IMG/VR virus record: IMGVR_UViG_3300045988_182579
Location: 1-32,000 of that record
Length of the DNA stretch: 32,000 bases
DNA from: a virus
Reading direction: 5' to 3' (one strand)
Made by a program: the position numbers and the translations under genes. This document shows positions 1-9,486 of this stretch, in pieces; position 1 is the first letter of the stretch; every line of letters begins with the position of its first letter. A model generated the notes under the pieces. The model was not told the DNA's origin. It did not search any database and saw nothing but the letters and a program-made list of their open reading frames with translations.

Positions 1-16
1 CCGCAAAACCCGTCAA

Positions 17-323
17 CAACCCCGCCTAAACCGGTTCACCGGTTATAGACGGGGCTTGCGGGGCAACCCGTAAGCCCGGTTGATTAGCCTAAGTCTGCTG
101 CTCCAGCGGCAGGAAACTACGTTGTGTACTAATAATATAGGCACCTTACTCATGCTCCACAAGTGGTGAGCTCTGCGGATGTTTGTTAAAAATCTCTGAG
201 GGTAGGAGACGTGCAAACATCATACCGAAAGGTAAAACAGTACAACAACATTGGCGATGTGGACCACAGGGCGCAAGCCCTGACTTATAGTTTCATTACT
301 ATTTAACGAAAGGAGTACCTTGC
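17..323 (+). ncRNA. putative omegaRNA scaffold region for IscB-1 (guide would be ~1-16)
   Basis: ~307 bp non-coding, structured region between element left end and the iscB ORF, the position expected for an IscB omegaRNA. Confidence 0.7.
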
Positions 324-1694
324 ATGAGCACTTGCGTTTGTGTTCTCAGCAACAGTGGTGAACGCTTAATGCCTACCTTCCGTCTTGGCAGGGTACGCCA
401 TCTTCTGAAAGACGGAAAAGCAAAAATCATTAAGCATCATCCATTTACTATCCAGTTACTGTATGACAGTAAAACAAACACGCAGCCCATCGAAATCTGT
501 GAGGATGTTGGCTACAACTACATCGGCATCAGTGTGAAAAGTCAATCTCACGAGTATGTATCTGCGCAGTATGATACATTACAGGATGAGAAAGCCTGCC
601 ACGACAGTTGTCGTAAGTTGCGCCGAACCCGCAGAAATAGACTGCGCTACCGTAAACCGCGCTTCGATAACCGCAAGCGCGGCGAAGGTTGGCTTGCTCC
701 TTCTTTGAGGCATAAGAAAGAACTCAATGTCAACGTTGTTAAGATGTATTGTGCGGTAATGCCCATTACGCATGCAACGGTTGAAGTTGGTTCTTTTGAC
801 ACAATGTTGCTGCAAGCCATCCAGAAAGGCGAATCAAAACCGGAAGGTGTAGACTACCAGAAAGGTCCCCGCTACAACTTGGCAACCTTGCGGGAGGCAG
901 TGTTCTACCGTGATAATTACACCTGCCAAGTTTGTGGACGCAAAATCGCGGATGGTGCCATTTTACATATGCACCACATGTTCTACTGGAAAGGAAGACA
1001 CGGCTACCAGCTTGATGAGTTGGTTACAGCGTGTGAAAAATGCCACATGCCAGCAAATCATCAAAAAGGTGGCAAGCTCTTCGGTTTTGGCGAAGATAAA
1101 GAATTTGCCAATCTTTCAGGTGCAGCATTTATGAACGCTGTTCGCTGGCAGATAGTAAATGCATTGTACGCCACATACGGTAAAGAATTTGTGACCATCA
1201 CTTATGGTGCGATGACAAAGGAAAAACGCATTGCGCTTCAACTTGAGAAAACCCACAGCAATGATGCGTATGCAATGGGGAATTGTCACCCGGCACACTG
1301 TTGCGAGTTTAGACATTACCAAAAACGATGCAGAAACAATCGTGTACTGGAAAAATTCTATGATGCCACTTATATCGACACCCGCACCGGTAACAAAGCA
1401 AAAGGTAAAGAACTTTTTAACGGCAGAATTAGCCGTAATCACAAAAAGGATTCTGAAGACCTGCACAAATATCGCAGCAAAAAGGTATCGAAGGGGCGTC
1501 GCTCTATAAGAAGACAGCGCTATGCAATTCAGCCATACGACACTGTGCGTCTCGAAGGTAAAACATACATTACAAGCGGGTGCCATAATAAAGGCACAAG
1601 ACTTTTGATTTCTGCTAATGGGAAAAGTAAGTCCGTAGCAATTTCCAAAGTTCAAGTTGTTTGCCATGCGGGAGCATGGATACAAATCATTTAA
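324..1694 (+). CDS. iscB: IscB-like RNA-guided endonuclease (divergent)
   Basis: PLMP-type N-terminus (ERLMPTFRLGRVRHLLKDGKAKI), RuvC-I EDVGYNYIGISV, RRTRRNRLRYR arginine-rich segment, RuvC-II VEVGSFD, HNH (CQVCG..LHMHHM..CEKCH), RuvC-III HSNDA. Confidence 0.9.
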   Translation: MSTCVCVLSNSGERLMPTFRLGRVRHLLKDGKAKIIKHHPFTIQLLYDSKTNTQPIEICEDVGYNYIGISVKSQSHEYVSAQYDTLQDEKACHDSCRKLRRTRRNRLRYRKPRFDNRKRGEGWLAPSLRHKKELNVNVVKMYCAVMPITHATVEVGSFDTMLLQAIQKGESKPEGVDYQKGPRYNLATLREAVFYRDNYTCQVCGRKIADGAILHMHHMFYWKGRHGYQLDELVTACEKCHMPANHQKGGKLFGFGEDKEFANLSGAAFMNAVRWQIVNALYATYGKEFVTITYGAMTKEKRIALQLEKTHSNDAYAMGNCHPAHCCEFRHYQKRCRNNRVLEKFYDATYIDTRTGNKAKGKELFNGRISRNHKKDSEDLHKYRSKKVSKGRRSIRRQRYAIQPYDTVRLEGKTYITSGCHNKGTRLLISANGKSKSVAISKVQVVCHAGAWIQII

Positions 1695-1812
1695 ATGTTG
1701 AAAGGAGGTAAGCAGGAAATGCTGTATCTTAGTCTTTTCTAAGAAACGCATTCCTCCCCACCTAAGCCTTACGGCTATAGATGGGGTGTCCTGCTCCATA
1801 ATTATGAAATAA

Positions 1813-2553
1813 ATGCGTATTTATGGCGCAAACAACGTATTCATAGAAGTTACGCGCCGGTGCAATATGTGCTGTGCGCACTGCCTGCGCGGAGATGCCG
1901 AAAGCATCGATATTCAGGAGAAGTACATCGATGCTTTTCTCGACAACTTTGAGAAGGGAGCTTATATCAGCTCTCTTACCTTTACCGGTGGGGAAATCTC
2001 TCTGAATATACCGGCAATTCGATACACCTTGAAAGCTGTCAAAGAGCGCGGTATCGCCGTTGGAAGCTTTTACATGGTCACTAACGGAAAAGCTGTCGAT
2101 AAGATGGCTGACCTTGCTATGGCGAGTCTGGAGTGGTGGGCCTACTGCGATGAAAAAGATGACTATATGTGCGGTCTTTGCATCAGCAGTGATAACTTCC
2201 ACGAAGCAATCCCATATGAAAGTAAAAGTATCCTTAGTGGCTTGAAATATAACCGTAACGATAAGGTAACGGACTTTCATCTGGCTTATTTACTGAACGA
2301 AGGGCGTGCTAAGAATCTCGATTCGAATATCTATAAAAAGCGTGAACCTCATGTAGACAAGCTCGAATACGAATTCAACAAAACCGGCAATATCGACTTT
2401 TACAGCGGCGAGCTGTACTTGAACGCCATCGGTGATGTCGTTTCCGGCTGCGATTGGTCCTACAAGTCGCAGAAGAAATATCGTTTTGGTAATGTAATGA
2501 ACAAAAACTGGCTGGAGAACATTTCCAACAGCGAGTTGTACATTGCAAGCTAA
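1813..2553 (+). CDS. radical SAM protein
   Basis: CxxxCxxC motif in VTRRCNMCCAHC, followed by TFTGGEISL; N-terminal partial TIM-barrel style. Confidence 0.85.
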   Translation: MRIYGANNVFIEVTRRCNMCCAHCLRGDAESIDIQEKYIDAFLDNFEKGAYISSLTFTGGEISLNIPAIRYTLKAVKERGIAVGSFYMVTNGKAVDKMADLAMASLEWWAYCDEKDDYMCGLCISSDNFHEAIPYESKSILSGLKYNRNDKVTDFHLAYLLNEGRAKNLDSNIYKKREPHVDKLEYEFNKTGNIDFYSGELYLNAIGDVVSGCDWSYKSQKKYRFGNVMNKNWLENISNSELYIAS

Positions 2554-2572
2554 ACCATATCACTTATACATT

Positions 2573-2606
2573 GCCACTGTTTTCCTACAGAAACGGTGGC
2601 TTTTTT
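2573..2606 (+). terminator. intrinsic terminator
   Basis: GCCACTGTTTTCCTACAGAAACGGTGGC followed by TTTTTT. Confidence 0.75.
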
Positions 2607-2623
2607 AGAAAAGGAGACCACAA

Positions 2624-4057
2624 ATGACTGAAACAAAAGACATGTTTGAACAAATCAGCGCCATCTTAACCGATAAGAAAGATAAGCCGTTTTCCTATGA
2701 GGAGCTTGCAGCAATGCTCAAAACTAACCCTGATGCCCTCAAATCCTTTGATGAGGTCTATAAGACACAGGTTCTTGAAAGCGGAGAGCTGCATGAAAAT
2801 ATGCTCCAGTGGGATACAGCTACAGTCAAAGCAATTCTCGACAAAAAGGTCTACTTCCCACCGGAACTCAATTCGCTCATTGACCGCATCGTCACAGAAC
2901 TGGTGCTTGAAACGCGTCTGTACATCTACAACGCGGAACGCGGTGGCTATTATGTGACATACTCTGCCAACCGCGACTTTATGACAGAGGTTACAAACGA
3001 GGAGTTGAAACGCTACCCCGAAGAACTCCGTCCGCAGCTCACCGGAAAGTTGATGAAGATTGACATTTCTGAGCCGTCGTACAAGGAACTGCTTCAAAAC
3101 TACGCAGGCTACAAGAATGCAAAGAACGACAGCACAAAATTGTTCTACTACAACATGTTCCGTCAAGGTCTTGACATCCTCGACCTTGATGACTTCACTT
3201 ATCAGATGCTTGAGATGAACCCCAACTCTATGGGCTTCTGGTTTCCTCCTCTGGTAGAGGGATTGTACGGCAGCGCATTTTTCAAGGTTCCGGACACAAA
3301 AATTCTTCGCGTACCTATTACCATGCTGCAGCTTACCCGCCTTGGTTTCGAAACGTTGAATCCCGTTACAAAGGAAATCGTGAACCGTTATTGCCAGAAA
3401 GTCTTCCATCTTGATGGATACGAAGACTATTTTATCAAAACGGGCACGTATTCTTCCAAATACGAATTCCGCAACGCTCATATCCATAACCCGAAGGAAA
3501 TCAATGAGATGGGCGAGTATTTCTTGTTTTTGAATCATCTGACATGCTCGATGGCATCCCCTCTGAACAATCGCTGCTTCTACGGCGCGAACACCACGAA
3601 CGAGTGGGTCGTCAGAGAATACATCAAGGACAAAGAAAATAACCCCACCATCTACAACGGTTTGCCGCTGCACACTGAATATCGCGTGTTTGTGGATTTT
3701 GATACAAAGGAAATCCTTGGCGCAAGTCCTTATTGGCGCAGCGATGTTATGAAGAACGAATTCAAAAAAGTCAGCAGCCCACAGGAACGCCATGATTATG
3801 TTGTCTACAAGATGCATGAAGACATTCTGAACCAGCGTTACCACGAAAGCGTTCAAACTGTTCTGGCTGAGCTGAAGAAGGTTATTCCTCGCATTGAGTT
3901 GACAGGGCAGTGGAGCGTCGATGTAATGCGCAACGGCAATGATTACTACATCATTGATATGGCGCTTGCTGAGAACTCTGCTCTGAATGACTGCGTGCCG
4001 AGTAACCGCCTTCGTGCTTATCCGCAGCAGTGGCTGCCGGGGGAATCGAACAACTAA
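2624..4057 (+). CDS. ATP-grasp-like protein (R2K-clade-like), 477 aa
   Basis: FIKTGTYSSKYEF, NEWVVREYI...EYRVFVDFDTKEILGASPYW and SVDVMRNGNDYYIIDMALAENSAL resemble ATP-grasp core segments. Confidence 0.6.
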   Translation: MTETKDMFEQISAILTDKKDKPFSYEELAAMLKTNPDALKSFDEVYKTQVLESGELHENMLQWDTATVKAILDKKVYFPPELNSLIDRIVTELVLETRLYIYNAERGGYYVTYSANRDFMTEVTNEELKRYPEELRPQLTGKLMKIDISEPSYKELLQNYAGYKNAKNDSTKLFYYNMFRQGLDILDLDDFTYQMLEMNPNSMGFWFPPLVEGLYGSAFFKVPDTKILRVPITMLQLTRLGFETLNPVTKEIVNRYCQKVFHLDGYEDYFIKTGTYSSKYEFRNAHIHNPKEINEMGEYFLFLNHLTCSMASPLNNRCFYGANTTNEWVVREYIKDKENNPTIYNGLPLHTEYRVFVDFDTKEILGASPYWRSDVMKNEFKKVSSPQERHDYVVYKMHEDILNQRYHESVQTVLAELKKVIPRIELTGQWSVDVMRNGNDYYIIDMALAENSALNDCVPSNRLRAYPQQWLPGESNN

Positions 4058-4128
4058 TACTCCTAGAACGAAACTTTGATTCGGGTTCTTTCAGCAAAAA
4101 GCGTAGGAACCAAAATCATACGAAATGA

Positions 4129-4157
4129 TTGTGTTGACACATAAAAACAAGTATAAT
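4129..4157 (+). promoter_or_regulatory. sigmaA-type promoter upstream of the DUF3990-like gene
   Basis: TTGTGT-N17-TATAAT. Confidence 0.55.
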
Positions 4158-4178
4158 ATATGCAAGGAAGTGATAATA

Positions 4179-4631
4179 ATGGTTCTGTATCATGGCAGCG
4201 ATGTAATAGTCCGCAACCCTGAGGTCAGAAAAACAAGGTACGCCAAAGATTTTTCATGGGGATTCTATTGCACTAACAACTACGAACAAGCCGCTCGCTG
4301 GTCAAAAAAAGGCAGGTCTCGTGGTATTGTCAACGTGTTTGAATATACAGAATCTCCCATGCTAAATATTAAGAAATTCCCCGAAATGAGTGATGAGTGG
4401 CTTGATTTTATTGCTATATGTCGCTCGGGCAAACATCATGACTATGATATTGTGGAAGGACCCATGGCGGATGACACCATTTGGAACTACGTCAACGACT
4501 TTCTAAGCGGTGATATTAGCCGTGAAGCTTTTTGGGCGTTGGCAAAATTCAAGCATCCCACGCATCAAATCAGCTTTCACACGGAAGTCGCTTTGAAATG
4601 TCTCTCTTTTAAGGAGGCGATTGAAGTATGA
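4179..4631 (+). CDS. DUF3990-like protein (ADP-ribosyltransferase-like fold suspected)
   Basis: MVLYHGSDVIVRNPEVRKTRYAKDFSWGFYCTNNYEQAARW matches the LYHGS..DFGxGFYxT..QA.xW pattern of DUF3990. Confidence 0.7.
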   Translation: MVLYHGSDVIVRNPEVRKTRYAKDFSWGFYCTNNYEQAARWSKKGRSRGIVNVFEYTESPMLNIKKFPEMSDEWLDFIAICRSGKHHDYDIVEGPMADDTIWNYVNDFLSGDISREAFWALAKFKHPTHQISFHTEVALKCLSFKEAIEV

Positions 4632-5077
4632 CTGAAACTGCAACCTACAGCAAAAACGATGTCTTTTATACCTGCAGCCTGATTGAATATATCGGCCGCG
4701 TTACGAAGAATCATCGCAAGGATGTGGTTTCTGCTCTTGGCACAAACGGAGTCAAGGCAATTCTCGACTCAGCGGATGTGTTTCACTGCCAGAGCTTTGA
4801 GCAATCTGCCGATGAAATTTGTGAGCTTTTTCCTGTGCCGGAAGGAACGTATGATACGGTGTCTAACTGCCACTACAAGGTTCCATCTTATACAGATATC
4901 GGAAAAGTGTACCAGCGCATCATCTTTGACTGTACTAGCACTCCTGGTGTCCAGGATGTAATTGATGTATTTTCCTCGTTCATTAGCGATGACATCTCAG
5001 ATTTTAATACTGCAACTTACTATTGTAATCCGAGCTATTTGTACCACTCATACAAGGCCGGAAAACTACTGGATTGA
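4628..5077 (+). CDS. hypothetical protein, coupled to the DUF3990-like gene (DUF3791-like N-terminus possible)
   Basis: ATGA overlap with the upstream ORF; ~150 aa. Confidence 0.7.
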   Translation: MTETATYSKNDVFYTCSLIEYIGRVTKNHRKDVVSALGTNGVKAILDSADVFHCQSFEQSADEICELFPVPEGTYDTVSNCHYKVPSYTDIGKVYQRIIFDCTSTPGVQDVIDVFSSFISDDISDFNTATYYCNPSYLYHSYKAGKLLD

Positions 5078-5100
5078 TTTTCAAAAGCAATAGCAATCGA

Positions 5101-5136
5101 GACCACTGCCCCGAAAAGGGTAGTGGTCTTATTTTT
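5101..5136 (+). terminator. intrinsic terminator
   Basis: GACCACTGCC..GGTAGTGGTC followed by TTATTTTTT. Confidence 0.7.
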
Positions 5137-5174
5137 TGCACAATACTTACCATAAATTACCAGAAAGAAAAACA

Positions 5175-5202
5175 TTGTGTATCTGTGCGAATTGCATATA
5201 AT
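5175..5202 (+). promoter_or_regulatory. promoter with TGCGA spacer box (site a)
   Basis: TTGTGT-N16-TATAAT with TGTGCGA ending 6 bp before the -10. Confidence 0.65.
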
Positions 5203-5314
5203 ACAAAATATAGAACGAAAGGCATCAAAAAACATCGTTGGTCGGGCAAAATCCGACCGAAAGGCTAGGGTGGGCTCAGTTTTGAACCTGCTCTTTCTTT
5301 TTATCGGAGGCTTT

Positions 5315-5536
5315 ATGTCAAACAAAGAAGAACGCATGAACCGCAATAAAAGCATCATCGAAGATTACAAAAATGGAAAGCCGATTTTAGAAATCGCGAG
5401 GGAATATAATCTTTCAGAAACGATGTGCTACAAGATTCTAAAAGGTACGCAAGAGCCGCCTCGTTATTTTGAAAAAAGAGGAAGAGACTTACCACTCGAA
5501 ATGAGCAAATTGTTAAACAGTATAAAGGCGGTATGA
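5315..5536 (+). CDS. small helix-turn-helix protein
   Basis: RBS GGAGG; IIEDYKNGKPILEIAREYNLSETMCYKILKG. Confidence 0.75.
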   Translation: MSNKEERMNRNKSIIEDYKNGKPILEIAREYNLSETMCYKILKGTQEPPRYFEKRGRDLPLEMSKLLNSIKAV

Positions 5537-5841
5537 CGGCCAGAGAATTGGGCAAGATGTACGGCATTTCCATGCAGCGTATTTATGCAATCTTGCATTC
5601 GAGCGGAGAGTACGAAAGCCAAAAATACAATCATATTGAAACGGCTCTCAAAAAAGAGAAAAAGATGCGGAACCAAACTTTTCTTGATGCTTACACAAAA
5701 AATCCTCAAAAATCGATTATCGAGTTGAGCAGGGAGGTAAATATCAGCCCTTCACTAGGTTATCTTATCCTTCATCAAAATGGGATTTACCAGTATAACG
5801 TAAAAGCCAGAGCTAAGGAGAATAGCGAAAATGCCGATTAA
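5533..5841 (+). CDS. helix-turn-helix repeat protein
   Basis: ATGA overlap; TARELGKMYGISMQRIYAILH and SIIELSREVNISPSLGYLILHQNG. Confidence 0.7.
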   Translation: MTARELGKMYGISMQRIYAILHSSGEYESQKYNHIETALKKEKKMRNQTFLDAYTKNPQKSIIELSREVNISPSLGYLILHQNGIYQYNVKARAKENSENAD

Positions 5842-6349
5842 CAAGATTACCCACGTGTGTCTAACTCATGACAAAGTCAGGGCGCGAAATGAAAAGATGC
5901 TGGAGGATGCCAAGAACGGTATGTCCCAGGAACAGCTGGCCGAAAAGTATCAAATTTGTGTTTCTACTGTCCGATATAGTCTGAAGGACTTTTACAAAGA
6001 ACAGGCCCGGCAGAGGAAAGCAAAGAAGAAAGCCTGGCAAACCCAGATGATTCATGAATATGAGATGGGCGCAAAATCTCCGGAGCTCCAGGAAAAATAC
6101 GGCATCAGTGGAACGCTCTTTTATCGGATTCTTCATGCGCACGGAAAGAATGGCCGACAAATCCACAGCCAAAACCGTATCGAGACTGGCAAGAAAAGAA
6201 ACGCCGAGATGGTCAGGAAATACAAAAACGGCGTTTCTGTCAAAGAGCTTGCGGAAGAATACGGGCTCAAAAAGGGAAGCGTATATCGCGCCATGAAGCG
6301 GTATAGTCCAGGCCCAGGGAAAAGTAAAAGTTGTCAAAGTGAGGAATAA
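5831..6349 (+). CDS. helix-turn-helix repeat protein (three repeats)
   Basis: Repeats of 'G(M/V)S..(Q/K)(E/L)AEKY.I..(S/G)(T/S)V' style. Confidence 0.8.
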   Translation: MPINKITHVCLTHDKVRARNEKMLEDAKNGMSQEQLAEKYQICVSTVRYSLKDFYKEQARQRKAKKKAWQTQMIHEYEMGAKSPELQEKYGISGTLFYRILHAHGKNGRQIHSQNRIETGKKRNAEMVRKYKNGVSVKELAEEYGLKKGSVYRAMKRYSPGPGKSKSCQSEE

Positions 6350-6353
6350 TTGC

Positions 6354-7307
6354 ATGGCTGCATCAAAGAAAGATGTTGCGAAGCAGCAGGTCAAAGAAGA
6401 CCGAGAAAAAGTCCGGGAAATGTATCTTTCTGGCAAAACTGTCAAGGAAATCGCCAAGGAAACGTATTTTTCAAGCTCTTATTGCTATGCCATGGTGAGA
6501 GACCTAGCAAAAGAAAAGAATCTTGCAAAGAAAGCAAAAAGAGCACCTCTCGACGAAGCTATGATTCAAGATGCGAAAGCCGGGATGACGGTTGCTGAAA
6601 TCGCAAAAAAGCATGGCGTGACTTATCAGCAGTGCTACTATACTGTTTCTGAATACGCTCAAGCTACGATTAAGAAGAACAAGAAAAAGCAGTCTGCTGC
6701 CACGAAAGTTCGCAATGCGGCTATGTTGGAAGATGCGAAAGCCGGAATGACTGATAAGGAAATCGCCAAAAAATACTTTTTGTCTCGAAGCAGTGTCCGT
6801 ACCGTCCTTGCAGGGCATTTACATACAAATTCCAAAAAGTTGGATGAAAGGCGCAAGGCGATTCTTGCGGATTATGAGGCAGGAACGTCCTCAAAAGACA
6901 TCTGTGAGAAATACGGTATTTCAAAATCCACTCTTTACAAGGACATGCGCCAAATTGGAAAAACCTGTCAGGAATACTATCACAAGGCGCTGAAAGACAA
7001 GACCAATCAAAGGAATTCCGATATTCGAAGCAAAATCGAAAGAGGGGTCTCGGTCAGCACTATTGCCAAAGAATACGGAATCTCTAAAACGGCGATTTAT
7101 GAAACGTTTCATCAGGAAAATGTCAGAGCTGGAATTTTACAGAAACGCGGCCGTCCGCGAAAAAACACGGAACGTAATGCACTGATTGCTAAACGCCACA
7201 GGGAAGGCGAGAAGGTGCAGGCGCTTGCCACTGAATATAATCTCTCTGTTTCGACGGTAAACACTATTTGCAGTAGAAACAAAAATCAGAATATTGCATC
7301 ACATTAA
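6354..7307 (+). CDS. multi-repeat helix-turn-helix protein (about five repeats)
   Basis: Repeats: GKTVKEIAKETYF, GMTVAEIAKKHGVT, GMTDKEIAKKYFLS, GTSSKDICEKYGIS, GVSVSTIAKEYGIS, GEKVQALATEYNLS. Confidence 0.85.
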   Translation: MAASKKDVAKQQVKEDREKVREMYLSGKTVKEIAKETYFSSSYCYAMVRDLAKEKNLAKKAKRAPLDEAMIQDAKAGMTVAEIAKKHGVTYQQCYYTVSEYAQATIKKNKKKQSAATKVRNAAMLEDAKAGMTDKEIAKKYFLSRSSVRTVLAGHLHTNSKKLDERRKAILADYEAGTSSKDICEKYGISKSTLYKDMRQIGKTCQEYYHKALKDKTNQRNSDIRSKIERGVSVSTIAKEYGISKTAIYETFHQENVRAGILQKRGRPRKNTERNALIAKRHREGEKVQALATEYNLSVSTVNTICSRNKNQNIASH

Positions 7308-7352
7308 CAGGCTGCCATTTGGCGGCCTTTTCTTTTTTGGAGGAAAATAACA

Positions 7353-8267
7353 ATGACCGATGACGTACGGAATTTGATTCGATTTGTGGTGGATGGCGAC
7401 ATCCGAAATGCACAGACTCAGTGCCGAATCATGCTTGAAAAGAATGTCCCTGAAAAAGATGCCCGGTTTAAGGAGGCTGAACTCAAAAAGCTGAATCTTT
7501 TGAAACCGGAACTCATTCAGCTGCCTGCCAACCTGGAAAGTCTCTTGATTGCGGAGGACACTACAAATTTCCCGGAAAGCCGGTTCCTGCTCCGCGAGGA
7601 GGAAGAAACAGTCATCAACAAGCTCTTGGCCACCAGAAAAGCAGCTTTAGCCATCAAGGAGCTTGGCATCCACTATACTTGCTCTTTGCTTTTGACGGGC
7701 CTTCCTGGTGTTGGTAAGACTGAATTGGCCCGCTACATTGCACACAAGGCGAATTTACCGTTTGTTTTCCTGAAATTTTCTGGCCTTGTCAATTCTGCTC
7801 TTGGCCGGACACAGCAGAACATCGGCAGAGTGTTCGATTACGCAAAGCGCACGCCTTGTGTTCTTTGTGTTGATGAAATTGATGCCATCGGAATGTGCCG
7901 TGGCAGCCGCGATGATGTCGCTGAAATGAGCCGCGTCACCATCGCATTGATGCAGGAACTTGACCGGCTCCCGAATGACGTCATTCTCATTGGCACTACA
8001 AACCGCGTCGATAACCTTGACGAAGCCCTCATTCGCCGATTCACTTTCAAACACCGCGTCAAGCCTTTAGGCGACGATGACATGAAAGAACTGTGCAAGA
8101 AGTTCCTTGCTTCGGCAGACTATCCCTTCACGGAATCCGAACTCGACGAACTCTGCCATTCGCTGCGTGAACAGCGGACGGCCAGCGCCGTTGTCAATGC
8201 CTGTACAGAACGTATCGTTGCACATATCGTATCGCAGCTGCCTAAAAATTTGGCAGATGCCGTGTAA
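7353..8267 (+). CDS. AAA+ ATPase
   Basis: Walker A LLTGLPGVGKTELARYIA, Walker B VLCVDEIDAIG, sensor IGTTNR, NLDEALIRRF. Confidence 0.9.
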   Translation: MTDDVRNLIRFVVDGDIRNAQTQCRIMLEKNVPEKDARFKEAELKKLNLLKPELIQLPANLESLLIAEDTTNFPESRFLLREEEETVINKLLATRKAALAIKELGIHYTCSLLLTGLPGVGKTELARYIAHKANLPFVFLKFSGLVNSALGRTQQNIGRVFDYAKRTPCVLCVDEIDAIGMCRGSRDDVAEMSRVTIALMQELDRLPNDVILIGTTNRVDNLDEALIRRFTFKHRVKPLGDDDMKELCKKFLASADYPFTESELDELCHSLREQRTASAVVNACTERIVAHIVSQLPKNLADAV

Positions 8268-8271
8268 AAGT

Positions 8272-8970
8272 ATGATAGCCTGGGAAGAAAGCCCTCGTCA
8301 GTTTAAGATGTCAAAGCAGCTTGATGAGGGAAAATTCGGAGAAGACTTGGCTCGCAAATTCCTTAACGACCCGATTATCAAAGTGAATCATGGCATTAGC
8401 CATTACGATGACGTGACTCAGGATAAATCATATCAAGACAAAGATACCGATTTCATTGTCTGGAAGAAGAATGGTAAGACCTTTGGCCTGGAAGCGAAAG
8501 TGGACAGTCACAATACCGGAAATTTCTACCTGGAAACCTCGGTGGACTACTTCTCCATGGTGCCTGACGCTCTGAACGAACAACGGGTGGCGCGGCGGTA
8601 TCGGGATGGCATCGACCCTTTATGGCACACCCCGGGCTGGGTATACAGGAGTGGTGCGGACCAGATTCTCTATTATTTCAGAACCACGCAGCTGCTTTAC
8701 ATTTTCTCCCGCGTTGATGTCTGGTTCTATGCTGAAAAGCTGATGCGCGGTGGAATCCATCTCGACCCCGGAATCAGAAAGCCAAAAATGTATTCTGCCG
8801 AAAATATCAGTGAACGCAATGGTTCCACTCTCTTCTTTGCCAACGGCTTATGCGTGAATGCAGAGCAGACATACAAGGCTTTAGGAGCGCAAAAAAGAGT
8901 CATTAAATACCAGGTTGAGAACCCGGATTCAGACGTTCCAACGTTCAGTTTTTGCCCTTTCAAATTATGA
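8272..8970 (+). CDS. hypothetical protein with PD-(D/E)XK nuclease-like motif
   Basis: GEDLARKFLND...DTDFIVWKKNGKTFGLEAKVD (D-X(n)-E-X-K). The track ORF starts at 8107 but the upstream part overlaps the AAA gene; ATG at 8272 (or 8308) is more plausible. Confidence 0.6.
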   Translation: MIAWEESPRQFKMSKQLDEGKFGEDLARKFLNDPIIKVNHGISHYDDVTQDKSYQDKDTDFIVWKKNGKTFGLEAKVDSHNTGNFYLETSVDYFSMVPDALNEQRVARRYRDGIDPLWHTPGWVYRSGADQILYYFRTTQLLYIFSRVDVWFYAEKLMRGGIHLDPGIRKPKMYSAENISERNGSTLFFANGLCVNAEQTYKALGAQKRVIKYQVENPDSDVPTFSFCPFKL

Positions 8971-9055
8971 ATTTTTCGCTAACAATCGTTAGAAAATCAC
9001 ACTTCAGTCTGACGGAAGAGTATAATTAAAGTATGGAAAGAGAGGACAAAAAATC

Positions 9056-9484
9056 ATGAACCAAATCAACGTTGTGACGATTGGAAAACTCATTGAAGCA
9101 CATCGAGACGGTGACGAGCAGAAGTTCAAAGCATATGTCGATTTTATTGTCAAAGCCTACGAAGAGCAGGAGAATGACCGTGCCGCACGAATCATTCGAA
9201 GCAGCTATACGGGTGACTACGGTGAGCAGGGGAAAGTTGTTCTGGATGAAGCAGTCAAACAGACTGTGCATTATGAGACAGGTTGGTACGAACCCGAAAT
9301 CTTAGGCTCTGGTGGTTCCTATCGCGGAGTTACAAAAACAAGCTCAGAGGAAGAAGCTCTGCAACAGCTACAAAAGCACACGGTGAACTATGCACAACGT
9401 ATCACTGTATATAAGAAAGACGGCAAAACCGTAAAACGAGAAGTCGCTGAGTACGACCAGTGGGAAAAGAAGTGGATGAGTTAA
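9056..9484 (+). CDS. hypothetical protein
   Basis: ORF with plausible RBS, 142 aa. Confidence 0.65.
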   Translation: MNQINVVTIGKLIEAHRDGDEQKFKAYVDFIVKAYEEQENDRAARIIRSSYTGDYGEQGKVVLDEAVKQTVHYETGWYEPEILGSGGSYRGVTKTSSEEEALQQLQKHTVNYAQRITVYKKDGKTVKREVAEYDQWEKKWMS

Positions 9485-9486
9485 TC

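Larger units (their letters stand above)
17..1786 (+). mobile_element. IscB-type element 1 (IS605-like palindromic ends, no TnpA in window)
   Basis: Flanked on the left by GTCAA (12-16); left-end hairpin CCCCGCCTAAACCGGTTCACCGGTTATAGACGGGG; right-end hairpin CCCC..GGGG ending at 1786; both ends repeated at 27203-27401. Confidence 0.85.

Noticed and set aside
2666-3856. 396 aa minus-strand ORF
   Set aside because: Antisense shadow of the 477 aa ATP-grasp-like gene; no family-like motifs.
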